A program made the translations under genes and the position numbers. The notes under the pieces were generated by a model that did no database searches, was not told where the DNA came from, and was given only the letters and a program-made list of their open reading frames with translations. Below are positions 37,121-50,206 of a stretch of DNA of 64,000 nt, in pieces. How positions within the stretch are numbered: position 1 is the first letter of the stretch; the number at the start of each line of letters is the position of its first letter. Source of the stretch: Camelus dromedarius (lineage: Eukaryota). Location of the stretch: contig NC_087436.1 in assembly GCF_036321535.1 (NCBI RefSeq), positions 4,464,001 to 4,528,000 of the forward strand, written 5' to 3'.

Positions 37121-40100
37121 GTTACTTAGGTGACAAGAGTAGCTGACACTTCCTTCTAGAGAAACTCTGTCTTCACCAGAAGGAAGTAAGAATGCAAGCC
37201 ATATAAACTCACTTGATTTTCTTTTACTGTCATTCAAAGCACACTTTGTCTTCTGAGGCTTGAATTTCTACACTGACTGGAGATTATTACTGTTTTCTAT
37301 CTTTTCAAATTGACAAAATTAGAAGTCCATTATCTGTTAAACCCTATATATGAAGTGTACAGAAGTGAATTGTACAAATTCAACACAAAAAGAGAATTGC
37401 CCATCAGACTCTCCAGTGAGCTTCATACCTGCTGGAAGCCCAGCCGTCTGCTTTTAGAATGAAAACCGTCCCAACTTATCCAGTTTTTTATTTCATGAGA
37501 GAAAAGCTGATTCTAGACAGTTAACTATAGGATCCATCACTGATTAATTTTCTTCTCTCCACCTAACAGAAATTTTGTTTCTTCCATTTCTCTTAACTGA
37601 GGTCATTAATTTTGTCTAAAAACCATCTTTATACCAGAGTCAATGAGTCAAACCTGAAATTGCATGGTTTCAATGAGGCTAATGCATATTATAAAGACCA
37701 CAGCCTTCTGCACCTTGTCCAGAGAAGGGACATGTGAAGCCAAAATAAAATACATTAGAGGAAGATTTTTCAGTAATAAAATGTGTATGGCCTGTTCATT
37801 GTCATGAAACTGTTGACTTGGGGGTCTGATTTTAACTCCACGTCCACTGGCATTTCTGTTCACTCACTTTCAGAGGACAAACATCAGTCCCTTCTAAGCA
37901 AGGAAAGAAAACATGTCCAGCCCTTTCCAGAAACATCCTGAACTTCCTCAAACAGGGTGAGTGGGCCGTGGGGAAAAGTTATTTGCTCTCGGTCAAAGGA
38001 AAAATTAATTCAAAACAGATTTAAATCCAGGCAGACATAAGGCGCTGGGTTGAAAAGAGGAAAAGGAAAAGAAAAAAAAAAGTTTTGTGTTTCAAGAGAG
38101 TTTAGGAGATTACTTTCAAGTCTAAAAATCATAACCCAAAGAACTTAAAGCTTAACCAAAAATAATATGATTCTTGGAAAAGAATCAAGACTTTTTTCAA
38201 TAAAACAGTCAGTACATCTGAGACATCTACTATACCAGCAATCCTATAATATTTATATTGATGTTGCAATATAGTATCTGCGGGACCAGAGTTGTGCTAA
38301 AACAAGGCAGCACAGCCCGTGGTTGGCCACAGAGGGGCTACTTTACAGCGTAAGCTTCCATTAATGACAGCGTGCACTCGCGCCATCAGACTGACACTCG
38401 ATTTAAGATGGAGCAGTCATTCCCACAGTTTGGTTTCAGTAATTTACATGATTAAGTGACTCCATTTTAAGTCAATTTCCTAATACACAAGAGTATCAAA
38501 TCAATGTAATTTTACATTTCAGCTGAAGAACACACCACATCTTTTATACGGTGTACTTCACTAAGAATCTTGTCTATAGAGTCAATGGAACCCTGACACT
38601 GTGTGTGTGTAAAAATGCATTAGGGGCTATTTGCATATTATATTTCACCTGAACAATATGCTGTCTGTGAAACCATACAAATGTAGGTGAAAATATACGA
38701 TAACATTAACTTTTTATTTACTCTCTAAGTATCTAAACCATTTGTAAGATGGAATAGACCACTTCTTTGTGTTTGGATAATAATCTATATCAGAATATCC
38801 AAATTAATGGAACAAAATGGAAAAAAAAAAAAAAGACTTGAAGCCATAAGTTATATTTAGAGATTTGTCAAGAAGCCAGATTCCATGGGTTTTGACTATC
38901 TGACCCTTTGGCATCTTCCCACATCATCAACCCTTTAACCCAGACTTGGAGTAAAGGGAATAACAGTATTTTTTTCCCTTCTCTATTTAACTTGGCTTCA
39001 CTTTCTGTAGAAACTCCTCTTTCCCACAGCCTAATTCCAAGCAAATTGTAATGCTAACAATACCCTCACCATGGCTAATTCGGTCATTTTGCCAGTTAAC
39101 CTGATAAAAGGCCAACATTAGATGGTTTCCTTTTTAGGTGAGAAAATAATTAGGAATTTCAACCTAAGATTGACTTGCATTCTTATTAGTGAATTTCCTT
39201 TTATGTTTTTTTCCCCCCCTTTCAGTGCTCTTGAGCAAAAATTTCCAGTCACGGAGAGATCTTAACAAAAAGGAAAAAAAAAAAAAGAGATAATATCAAA
39301 TAATCTAGAAAAAAGTACCTTTTCCCTACGTGGGTAACAAGTAAGTAACAGAATGCTAGAAAATGGGCCACAGACAAAGCTTTGAAACTGTCATTTTTCC
39401 AGGGTAAACCTGAGAGGGTCAAATGTCTTGTTGCTTTTTTGTAGGCCTCAGAGAGAAGTATCTGGGTTTGAGAAATAATGCTTCCTCAATCAGGAGAGAA
39501 CACAGTGAAAATCATGTCTGTGATGCTTTTTGACAGAAATTATGTAACTAGAGGTTGAAGAAGAAGACAGTTGAATCCTGTGTGAGTGGCTGCATGTGCC
39601 GATGTGACACGATCAGGAGTAGACTATTTCAGCTTTGTTCTGGGCTTGCTTAGTTCATATGACAGAATAGCAGAAACCAGGAAATATGTCAAAAGTCTCC
39701 CTTCACGAGGCGCAGGGGGCTCAGGGCTGCAGGGCTGTGAACCCCCCACTAGGCAAGCAGCTGGCTGCTCTCTGCATCAGCATTTTCTAGGTTGGGGGGT
39801 CAGCAGAACCCTCGAGTCCCACAAGCATTTACACAATGTCCATAGTGATGTGGGTGGGAGTTCGGGGTAACTGGTAGTGATTCCATATGATTGCAAAATG
39901 CTATTAATTTTTCAGTGGTTTGAAAATCTAGTGTAAAACCAATGCCTTAACTTTTGTTTAGTCCAATGCTTCCCATGTTTATTTCAACAAGGAGCTTTCC
40001 TCTCTGCCCTTCCCCACATATACACACGCACACACCCATCAAATCTTTAACAGCTTATAGGACAGAGGTGTCCTGCAAAAATGTATTTTGGTAAATGACG

Positions 40101-40192
40101 ATCTCCATGCTGGCCAGGTGTCTGGACCAGGGACTGGGTGCATTGGTGAAAAAGGGGGAAAACACCCAGGACTTTGGAACTCCCAGGGTCTA

Positions 40193-40501
40193 CAGTCAGA
40201 CCTCCTGACCACAGGTTCCTCATCCACAGATCCAACCAGCTGTGGATGGAAAAGATTTGAAAACAAATTCCAGAAAGTTCCAACAAGCAAAACTTGAATT
40301 GACCTTGCACTCAGCAGCTACTTACATAGCATTACATTGTGTTTGGTGTTATAGGTGATCTAGAGATGGTTGAAATACACAGGAGGGCGTGTGTGGGTTA
40401 TATGCAGATATGACATCACTTCACATGAGGGACTTGAGCATCCAAGGATTTGGTATCTCAGGGGGTCCTGGAATCAATCCCCCATGCTTACCGAGGGACT
40501 G
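40193..40501 (-). mobile_element. MER2-like TcMar-Tigger element
   Basis: agggacttgagcatccaaggatttggtatctcagggggtcctggaatcaatcccccatgcttaccgagggactg, with TA flanks at 40191 and 40502. Confidence 0.85.
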
Positions 40502-42319
40502 TATTCAATGGTCTAGCATTATTGATGAAGGCTAAGGAAAGCTCAAAGGACCTAAAAATGAACTGTGTAAGGGCTTAACATCCAACCATTTAGAGTGCTC
40601 TGTGCTGACTGGCAGAACAGTGGAATCCTTTCCATCGTTCAGTGTATCCAGTGCGGGACCTAACATTCTTACTTGAGGTTGAGTAGACATAGGGACCAGT
40701 ATTTAAAGGCTTTCCTTCCTTTCTGTTTTTATAGTTAATTGACTTTAAGAGATCCTCCAGGGTATTCGGTATTTTTCTAAAACTGTAGTTTCCCCTTCTT
40801 TCCCATAGAAAATTATTTTTTTCCAATTCAGATAGGATCATAAGAGCAAAATAAGTGACCTTTATTTCAGTCATGAATATTCTTGAATGCAACTGATGTA
40901 AGTGGCATTTTTGTTTAATATAGTACATAAAAATGAAAACCAGACCCTAGAAAGGTTCTTTGGTCAGCCTCGCCTCTCCCAGTGCGCTGTACGATAGAAT
41001 GAATGTCCGAATGGGGAAGACTTGGAAGGGTATTGGAGACAACATGTAGGGAAAAGTGTAACCCTCAAAAATCTTTTGAAAGACTCCTCTGAACTTGAAA
41101 TTGAAGTATTTTATTGCCCAATTCTGTAACTTCCAACAGTTATAAAAGAGCATTTTCCAAAGCTATTTTATTTTGGGGTCATTTTATTTTTTACGTTATC
41201 CCTATACTCTGAAGACCCAGTGTGTCTGGGAGAGAGACAATCCTGTTAGTAACAAAAATATCCACTTTCCGTTGCTGTTGGGGAAACCAGGAGAAACATA
41301 TTTAAATAATGCCTTTCTACACTTAACATCATGACCTGAGTGCAGCATTTAACGATGCTGTTAAAATTACATTCACGTCAAACAGGAGAATCCTCACCCG
41401 CATGGCTGGAAGATGCTAAGAGCCCACACAGTATAAAAGAAGAACATACGGTGCGTATAATGAGCATTCCCTTCGGAGGAGCCCTGAGAACTAGCCCCTG
41501 TTGTTTCATTAGCTCTGCACCTGCGATGTCAGGGCGTTCATCCTTTTGACATTCTGATAGTTCCTTTGGAGGCTAGAGAGAACACTTCCCCTCTTATGAC
41601 ATGTGGTTTTGTGGAAACTTTATCATGATGGAACATACCTTGAAAAATGCAAGTTTCTGCATTTCTTAAGATAGTATAAAACCATAGCTCGTTCACCAGT
41701 TTACAACCACATGAAATGGCACGTTTTCCTTTTTCCCCTCATTGTATCCCCTTGACTTAGTTTGGTCAAATAACAGCACAATTTTAAAAATATTCAGTTC
41801 TCAGGGGGAAAAAAACCCTTTTAAAGGAGCTAAAGAAATGTGTTCAGTCTCAAAAGTCTTCAAAGTCATATGTTCCTATACATATAGTGTCCTGAGTCAT
41901 TAGATGGTAATTGTTATGTACAAAAATAATTTGCTATTATAAAAATTAGACTTATTCTAGGCTATCAGAAAAAAAAAAGCATGGCTAGTCTTAGTATGAG
42001 CTTACAAGATTCTTAAGCAAGTTTCTTTGGCTGCAAATATATTTATAATTGGTGTGTGTATATACAAATATATTCACATAATATATATAATAGATTAGTA
42101 ATTAACTAGTTAATGTGTATGTGTGTGTATATCTCACACACACACACTAATCTATTGCCAAAAAGTGTCCAGCTAAAAGGTTAGCATTCCACGCTAGATG
42201 CAGAGATTCTTATGTTAGTCTGTTTGGTAAACAAATTTCATAATTTTGTAGAGATAAAAAGATGACTACTTACTCCAACCCTGGAATTTTTGTGTAGTAA
42301 GTTGAAATTACAGAAACTA

Positions 42320-42515
42320 ATAAAATAGATAAATAATAAGTTTATACTGTATAGCTCAGGAAACTATATTCAATACCTTGTGGCAACCTATAATGAACAA
42401 AAATACGAAAATGAATCTATGTATGTATATGGATGACTCAAACACGATGCTGTACACCAGAAATTGACACAACATGGTAAACTGACTATACTTCAATAAA
42501 AAATAAATTAAAGAA
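42320..42515 (+). mobile_element. Camelid-type L1 3' end, 5'-truncated
   Basis: tatactgtatagctcaggaaactatattcaatacc...tgtacaccagaaattgacacaacatggtaaactgactatacttcaataaaa, with a degenerate TSD ending gaaacta on both sides. Confidence 0.9.
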
Positions 42516-44154
42516 ATTTTTAACGGAAACTATTTACATACATACAAGTCATATAATCAAGATACTTTCTAAAGCTACCATCCATCCCTTCATTTATTGG
42601 CTTACTCCCCAATACTTACTGAGTACTTGACATGTGCTGAGGATGGAACAGTGAGACCATCAGACAGACTGGGGGTGCCATGAAGCCATGAAATCTACTC
42701 TGTGTATATGTCCACATAGGTTGACCATTCCCATCAAGAAACTAACTAAAAGAATTAATGCTCCCTTTTACTGTTTGCTTTATTTTCGATTCTACAATTT
42801 GACGACTTTCATTTTTATATTCTTTGGACTTTAGCATTTCCTTACTTCAAATTAAATCAAAATACATTTGAAACATAAAAACAATCAACCAGCCTTTTTA
42901 TGGAATTGCTAAAGGCAACGGTTTATAAATTTGTTGACAACCATGAAGTTTGCCCACCATCCCCCACACAATATGGCTGGTTTCTCTGCAGTCATGGCAA
43001 AGGGAGAAAAGTAAAGCTGTTCTAGATTTAATCATATTGCCTCTAACACTATATGTGACAAAATATGGTTTCTGATGGACAAATGAATGAGGTCAGCTAA
43101 AATATGTCAAGAAATCTAATGAGTAGATGAAGTAATAATTTTCATATACTAGATGGGCACACCTAGTTGGGGGTGGGAGAAGGAGGTGAAGGGGGTCAAA
43201 ACTCATATTATTAAAATAATAATGAGTTGAACAGATAAATCATTCATATTCACTATTTGTAATCCACCTCAGAACTTACAGAGAAAAACCAGAGTATTAA
43301 GTAGCACAGAAGGAAATGGAGAACTAGTTAATACCAAACTCAGATTATTATTAGTCTTACCCTAAGGAAAAAAATTTACTCTAAAAAACAAAAATAAAGA
43401 GAACTTTTAGCTGATGAGATGGGTCGGGGGGGTGTCTCAGGGGCAATGAGAATCTGAGGACTGGCCAGGAAGCTGATGGGGACAAAGGGTCCCCACGCTG
43501 CGCATTCTCACGGCTGGAGCAGTGGGTGTCCTCACACTCAGGGCACTTTGCCCAGTTCAGACTCTGAGCATCTTCCTGAAAAGGTCAAAGTCCGACTTCT
43601 TCAAATAAGAGTGACCCTCTCCCACTCCACAACTTTTACCGACCTTGACATATCTTCCCCTTCTTCATCTTTTTTTTTTCCCCTCTCCACGGCCTGCTGC
43701 ATATTTCCACTTGGATGAATTACTGCCTTCCCAAATTCAAAGTTTCAACCCCAGTGTACCCTCTTCTCTCTCCTCTTTCCTAAAAAAACCTTCTTGCTGC
43801 ATTATCCCAGCCACACACATACTGGCAGCCTTTTAGCAGGCTGAAAACCTTGAGTTATTTTTAACTGCTGCTCTGGTCCCTATGTAACCTTCCAACTTGT
43901 CCATCCAAGATATCAGTTTATTTAATTTACTGTCCATTAGTGACCCTGTGTCCAGAATGCTGGGCCCTGCGACAGGTCCACTGCCAGGCTCCACTTAAAA
44001 TGTCAACAACAGTGAGTCAGTCCAGTGAGGTCCAGAAACTATTTGAGAAATAGTCACTGTTAATAGAAAAGAAAGGAGGAGGGAAGGAAAGATGGAAGGG
44101 AGGGAGGGAGGGAAGGAAAGATGAGATGGTGTGAATAAGAGAGAATGCAATAAA

Positions 44155-44305
44155 AAATCTAGGAGACCTAGGTTCTACGTCTATCCTTTTCACTAATTAG
44201 CGCTATTAAACCCCTCAACATGCCTTGGCTTCTAGTGTCTTCATCTGTAAGGTGAGGTATTAGTCTGTGTGGCATGGGATCTGCTCTAGTTCTAAGACTT
44301 TAAGA
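44155..44305 (+). mobile_element. MIR/MIR3 fragment
   Basis: aggagacctaggttctacgtc...tcttcatctgtaaggtgagg...ctctagttctaagact. Confidence 0.55.
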
Positions 44306-45024
44306 CTTTTCTTCAGAAACCCCTGTTTTCCAGATTGTAACATTCAAGCTAAGTTGTCAGAGACTCCCCAGAGTCAAGGAGAGTTCCCAGCAGGTCTTGA
44401 GAGGCCCTCAAGTTTGCTGGAGGAGAACCACGGAGCACGATTCTCCGATGTCCCTTCCTAACTAAGAAATCGGGGTCTGAAGTGCTGGGCCAGGATCGGG
44501 TGCATTATCTGGGAGCCGGGGTCAGTCACAGGCTAGGGTACCTCTCGCCCATGGGCCACGAGGGGTGGGACAGAGAGGTAGCCCGAGACATCATTTGCAA
44601 GAATCTGAATCAAATCAAGCAAATCGACCATCTGAAGGGCTTCAGCAGAGAGGTTCTAGAAAATTCATCTTAGTAGAAATTTGTCGTAGGATCATCATGG
44701 CCTCAGGCTAACATTTTTGACCTGGCTCCTTGTGTGTGTGTATGTGTGTCTGTCTGTCTGTCTCAGTGTGTCTGGGTGGGTATGTCACTTTGAAGGGAGG
44801 GTTGAAGATAAAGAAAAAGAGTAATGGGCTAAAATGTGAGTGAGATGTTAGAAAATGAATGTGAACATATATAAATTATTCTTTGTTAGAGAAGGAAAAA
44901 TATAAGTAACAGGATGACGAGGGTATAGGTTGGAAATTCATATTTATTGAGAACCTACTGCATGGATGTCACTAACCTAGTCAGCAACATAGAATACAAA
45001 CTTGGACCTAAAACCATGCAGTGA

Positions 45025-45251
45025 GCTATACCACAAGATCTTGTAATACATTTCCCTGTGCTATACAGTATAATCTTGTTTATCTATTCTGCATAAACCT
45101 GTCAGTATCTACAAATCTTGAACTCCCAGTCTAAAAAAAAGTGACAAAGAATATATGTATGTTCATGCATAACTGAAAAATTGTGCTGTACACTGGAATT
45201 TGACACAACATTGTAAACTGACTATAACTCAATTAAAAAAGGTTTAAAAAA
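45025..45251 (+). mobile_element. Young camelid L1, 5'-truncated, with 5' inversion (twin priming)
   Basis: Perfect 16-bp TSD taaaaccatgcagtga (45009-45024 and 45252-45267). 45025-45132 is antisense L1 3' UTR; 45133-45251 is sense, with an A tail. Confidence 0.9.
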
Positions 45252-46129
45252 TAAAACCATGCAGTGATTTTAATGTAAAACTAAAATAGCACATTTCTAG
45301 ACTAAAATTACACTGCCACACATCTTTGATGAAACACACGTGATAAAGAGGGAAGTGTGTACATCGCCGAAATCAAGGAGGATGGATTTGCCAAGCCCCC
45401 TTGTGAAACTTGTGCGAGTCGCTGGCCTGGGGTTGGACGACCCCCTCACTTGCGATGGGAGGGTAAGCTGCCCGTCAGGGCTGCTGTGCTGGGGGGCAGT
45501 CATGACTGCACCGAGGACACTGGATACATTCAAGAGACTCATAGGACGAGAGTGGAACCGAGCCAGTAATTTATGACTCTGACTTTTCTCAGAGGTTGTA
45601 GTTTGCACATGAGTGAGAACACAAAGTGAGACCAGTACATGGCAGGGGTCAACCATGACCCACTTTCCATTTAGAGTTCCATCTGTCGCCACCACAAGAA
45701 ACCTCCCAGTGTCACTGTCACTTGGGAAGCTCTGAAGCTGAAAACCTCCCACAATATTTGGATGTGAGAGCCGGTTTACTCTCGACTACTTTTCTTCATT
45801 TGTGCCTTTGTCATTCATTCACACGGCATAGCTGTTGTGTAACATGTGTGCATTTGGTCCTCAGAGACAGAAGTGGCAGGTGAAGCAGAAGAAGGAGGTG
45901 GTGCCCACAGAGGTGACCATCTGGTGGGGCACAAACAGCAGCCAGTCACTGCGGGGCAGTGTGGGGAGTGTTACGGGAAGCACGGGGTGATGCAGGAAGG
46001 CAGGAGCTGCATCCAGCCAAGGAACTGGAAGGAGATTATGAAGAGAATGGAACTGCAGATGAGACAATGAATAGGGGTTCGCTGAGCCAAGAGCAAGATC
46101 TTCCAAGAGTCTTCTGGAGCCAAGTCACG

Positions 46130-46520
46130 CCAGGATCACAAGAAAGGTCCTCTGGTCTCAGCGGGAGTGTAACAACAAAGTCCCCCTTCCCTTGCACCTG
46201 GGTGTCCATCATGGGTTGGCTACAGCTCTGCTGTGCCCCGTGTCTTCTTTTCTTTTCTCCGGGACACAAGGTGATCCTCACTCTTCACTGGGGACGTTGC
46301 TGGTCTTGCGGCAGAAGGCAGATGTCACGTGCGAGCACATCCTGGCTCTCAGAGCTATTGCCCAAGAGTGACACATGCCACTTCTGCTCACACGTCACTG
46401 GGCAAAGCAAATCACGTGGCCAAGTCCACAGGGCAAGGGTGTATAACCTCCCAGTGGGCAGGAGGGGCATCAGGCTGTGAACTGCACCGAATGGCAGAAG
46501 AAAGAACCCATCCATCAATG
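46130..46520 (-). mobile_element. MaLR LTR, MLT1I/J-like, inserted among L2 fragments
   Basis: gagtgacacatgccacttctgctcacacgtcactgggcaaagcaaatcacgtggccaagtcc is a characteristic old MLT1 motif. Confidence 0.7.
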
Positions 46521-48199
46521 ATCTGCTGATGTTGTGAACAAGAGGACGGAGCTATCATAGAAGCTGGTGTAGACTTGGGGTGGTGGTGGTGTAGGTTGTG
46601 AAATCAGACTTACACCAATCAATGCTGAAGGACCTTAGATGAAGAAACGGAAGGTGATAAGGCCTGAAGCTGTGTCAGTGAGCACCAGCCGGACCAGGCA
46701 GGCTCTCCAGGCCCCGTTAAGGACTGAGATTTTTATCAGAAATGTTTTGGGAAGACTTGAAGGCCAAATGCAGTGTGGAAACTGGATTGGAGAGAAGCCA
46801 GATTGAAAGGGGAGCGATAGGAAAGTGTCGACCTTAATGCAGGTGACAATTTCTGAGACCCAAATAAGGACAGTAGGACTGGAAAGGACAGTAGGATGTA
46901 AGGGGTGTTTGGAAAATCCAGTCAGTGGTGGGGGGAGGAGCCCTGCAGAGGAGGGCTGACAGGGGAAGGAGTGAGGAGGTACCGCATCGGCCCCAGCATG
47001 GACATGCCGACAGGATCAGGCTCAGGAACAAGGCAGTAAGTTCCATTTGGGGATTTGGAGTCTGGCTCTCAGGGGGGCCATTCCAGCCAAGGCTTCCATT
47101 CAGTAAGTGTACGTCTAGGTCTAAATTTATGGAACAGGGGAATGTGAGCTGAAGAGAGATGCATGGGTTCCTCAGGACTAAGGTGGAAACTAAGCTGAAA
47201 GGCCGACGTCATCCGGGTGATGGAGGGAAAGGACCAGAGGGGCCGAGGGGACGGCTCAGAAGACACGGCAGCATCACCCGGCCGTCCTCCCTGAGGGCCA
47301 TCCCTGCCGTCCCTGGAGCACATCCCCCCACACGTGTGTCACTCTGCGGTGGAGGAAGGGCTTCTGTTCCGGGAGAGGTCACTCCTGGCCCTCCTCGGAT
47401 GGCCCACAGCCCTCAACCTAACAAGGTCAGAACATTAAACCCACGGATCAGGCAAGTTTGGGTTTCAGTTGCCAGCTTGGCTCAGAGCAGCCCTGCGTCC
47501 GTGGCAAAGCTGTCAATCAGCCACGTCTTAACATTCTTGTTGTGAAACAGGGTGGGGCTGACACCGCGGCTTCATCCCGAGTGAGCCTGGAGGGGCTGCA
47601 GGCCTGCAGGCGGAGGTGGGAACCCTCTAAGGCCTGCAAGTGTCTTTCCAGCACAAGCTGGTAGTGTAGCCTTCACTCTGCGAGGGGCGATTCCAAAAGC
47701 TATTTTGAGGTCTCATAAAATATAAGGAAAAGAGAAAGGCCTCTGCCAAATCTCATAAAAGCAAAATCGACAACATTTTTTGACATGACTCATTCTTCCT
47801 TTGAACACCATCTGTTAGATAAGGGTCAGCTCCTTTTAAATAGCAACTTAAGGAAAATAAAACCTTTAAGAAGTCTTGGTGGAGTGAGACCATTGTTTTC
47901 CATGTGGCTAATTGTGGAGGCATCTATTATTTATACGTGAGTTAGCCTGCGGTCCTAACCCTGACCCTAATATTCATGTTTTTCCTTCACGCAGGTACAT
48001 TTCACTAGTGGCAAAATCGTTAAATTGCCCAATTATGTCACCAGATTGTCAGTGATCTTTCTAATGGCGCTCTCGGTGTTAACCAAAAGCTTTGAGCATC
48101 CTTATACTTACAAAAACATTAATTCTGGAAGACTTGTCTAGACACGAGAAGCGAAAAATTAGACTTAACACCACCAATGATCCAGTGAGTGTGGTGTTT

Positions 48200-48377
48200 T
48201 TTTGTTTTGTTTTATTTTTTTACAATTTCTTCTTCCAGTTTTATTAAGATGCAATTGACATACGGCACCGTATACTTTTTTGAGGGGTGGAGGGAGGTAA
48301 TTAGGTTTTATCTATTTATTTAATGGAGGTGCTGGGGCTTGAACCCAGCTCTACCACAGAGCCACACCCACCCCCCT
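48200..48377 (-). mobile_element. Camelid SINE with an internal deletion and a short L1 3'-end fragment in its tail region
   Basis: ggtaattaggttttatctatttatttaatggaggtgctggggcttgaacccagctctaccacagagccacaccc; ccagttttattaagatgcaattgacatacggcaccgtata is L1 3'-end-like. Confidence 0.8.
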
Positions 48378-50185
48378 GAATGTGTTTTCTATAACTTAAC
48401 ATTCTCAAGCAACAATTATGATCTCCTTTCCAACAATTTTTACTTATTTAGATTAGAGCCAGCCTTCACGATCATTGCTTATGTGTTTTGGTCTTACAAA
48501 CTCCAGTTCAAAAACACACCAGTGCCCACTATCCAAGCAGTTTATGGGAGACTTCAGACTCTTGGTTGGTTTCAAGTGTTAGTTTAAGTGCTCTGGCAGG
48601 AGGAGGACTGGGGCTTTCTTACTATAATCTTTTCACTTAATTTTCATTTTACTTTATTGATGCCGTAAACATCAAAACATGATGAAATTCATCATCCGTC
48701 ACAGAAAGCGCCAACTGTGACTCAGAGGGGAAAGAAACCAAACCTTCACTACCCACTTCATTAAATTTCTTTGAGTTTTGTAGAATAAAATGTTAAATAT
48801 ATATTCAGGGCTCCATAAATAATAGAATTTTCTTTGTCTTTGAGTTAATTTCTAAGCTATATATGCTCTAGCGATAAGAAATACTAGGTATATGGGCCAT
48901 CGCTCACCCTCTTCACCCCCAGCATCACCCACAATGACACGTTTATCACCGCGTGCTTTCTCAGTTAGTCCTCAGAATCTTTCTCAACACAATGCCCCCG
49001 GGAGCCACTTCCAATCACTTACCTGTCTGCCTCCCCGAGGCCAACAGTTTACGTGGGTGATAAATACTGACACTCAAATGTCCTTCTTCCTACTTTATCC
49101 ACAGTAGCTAGATCTTGTCAGCAAATTTTATCTTTGAATGTCAACAAATCTTCCTTGGAACTTAATTTATGCTACAAGCACTAAAGTCACAGACAAAGAC
49201 CCATTTTTTACAGATATTAACACCACTTACAGAGTAATACGTTACTATTGTCCCCACCAGCACTCTGGCCCCCTTCCCTCCCATCCCAAAATAATGAAAT
49301 GCTTGCTAACTGTTAATCACTAAATGCTCATTTAACAAGTATTCCTAGACTCATTTCAAATAAACTGTTAATTTAGAAAGGAAAGAGTAAGTTGACTTTA
49401 AATCTCATGCAGGCTTGGTTTTACCACTTCCATGACTATAGTCTGTTTTTCCACATCTCAGCTAATCCTTTTATTACAGTCTGTACAGCAATAACAAAAT
49501 GGACATTTATTGTGCACTAATGTGGAAAGTTACCATTATTCTTCCAGAACATGTCCTTTGCCTCTTTTTCGCATTCTTTTGGACTCTTCTGAATGAAACT
49601 CTACTAACTGCATTGTAAAAATCTCACCACGTAGCTGCTGAGATCATGCAGGTGTGTGTTGACAAAAGAACTCTTCCAAACTTTGTGCATGGTCTTGAAA
49701 AAAGTGTTTTAATGCCTAGGAAAGGAGATTTGTTCAAGAAAACAAGCTGATGGTAAGCAGTTGTTTCTGTTGTAAACCTTCCATCTGTTGGACCGCATTA
49801 TCTGTTCCCTTTTCAAGTCAAATCTGCAACAGATTTGTCCAAGTCACTCACTTAACAGTAAATGTCTGGTAGGAGACAGTTCTGATATTTGTCATAAGCT
49901 GGTTGGTGGCTATTATACTGGACACGTGGCTGGGTGTTCTTAATTGACAGCATGAAATCAATTCCTAACTGCTGTGGGAAAATGCAGTAACAGCTCATTG
50001 TGTATAGCACTACAATGTGAGGTCTTAAAAACACCGTTCCTGTAAAAACATGTCTGAAAACATTGGCTTCAGAATTGTGTTTGGTACCCGTCCACGATTT
50101 GTCTCTGCAGAGAGTCCACATTTAAAACTCGCTTTGAGTCAACTTAATAAGTCTTTTATGGTTACTTATAAAAGGCTCTTTATGT

Positions 50186-50206
50186 AAAAAAAAAAAAAAA
50201 AAAAAA
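50186..50206. repeat. A21 homopolymer
   Basis: Direct observation. Confidence 0.9.

Noticed and set aside
40590..40928. Minus-strand 112-aa ORF as a further exon of the dead gene
   Set aside because: A donor-like gtaaga is present but there is no usable acceptor and no homology; insufficient support
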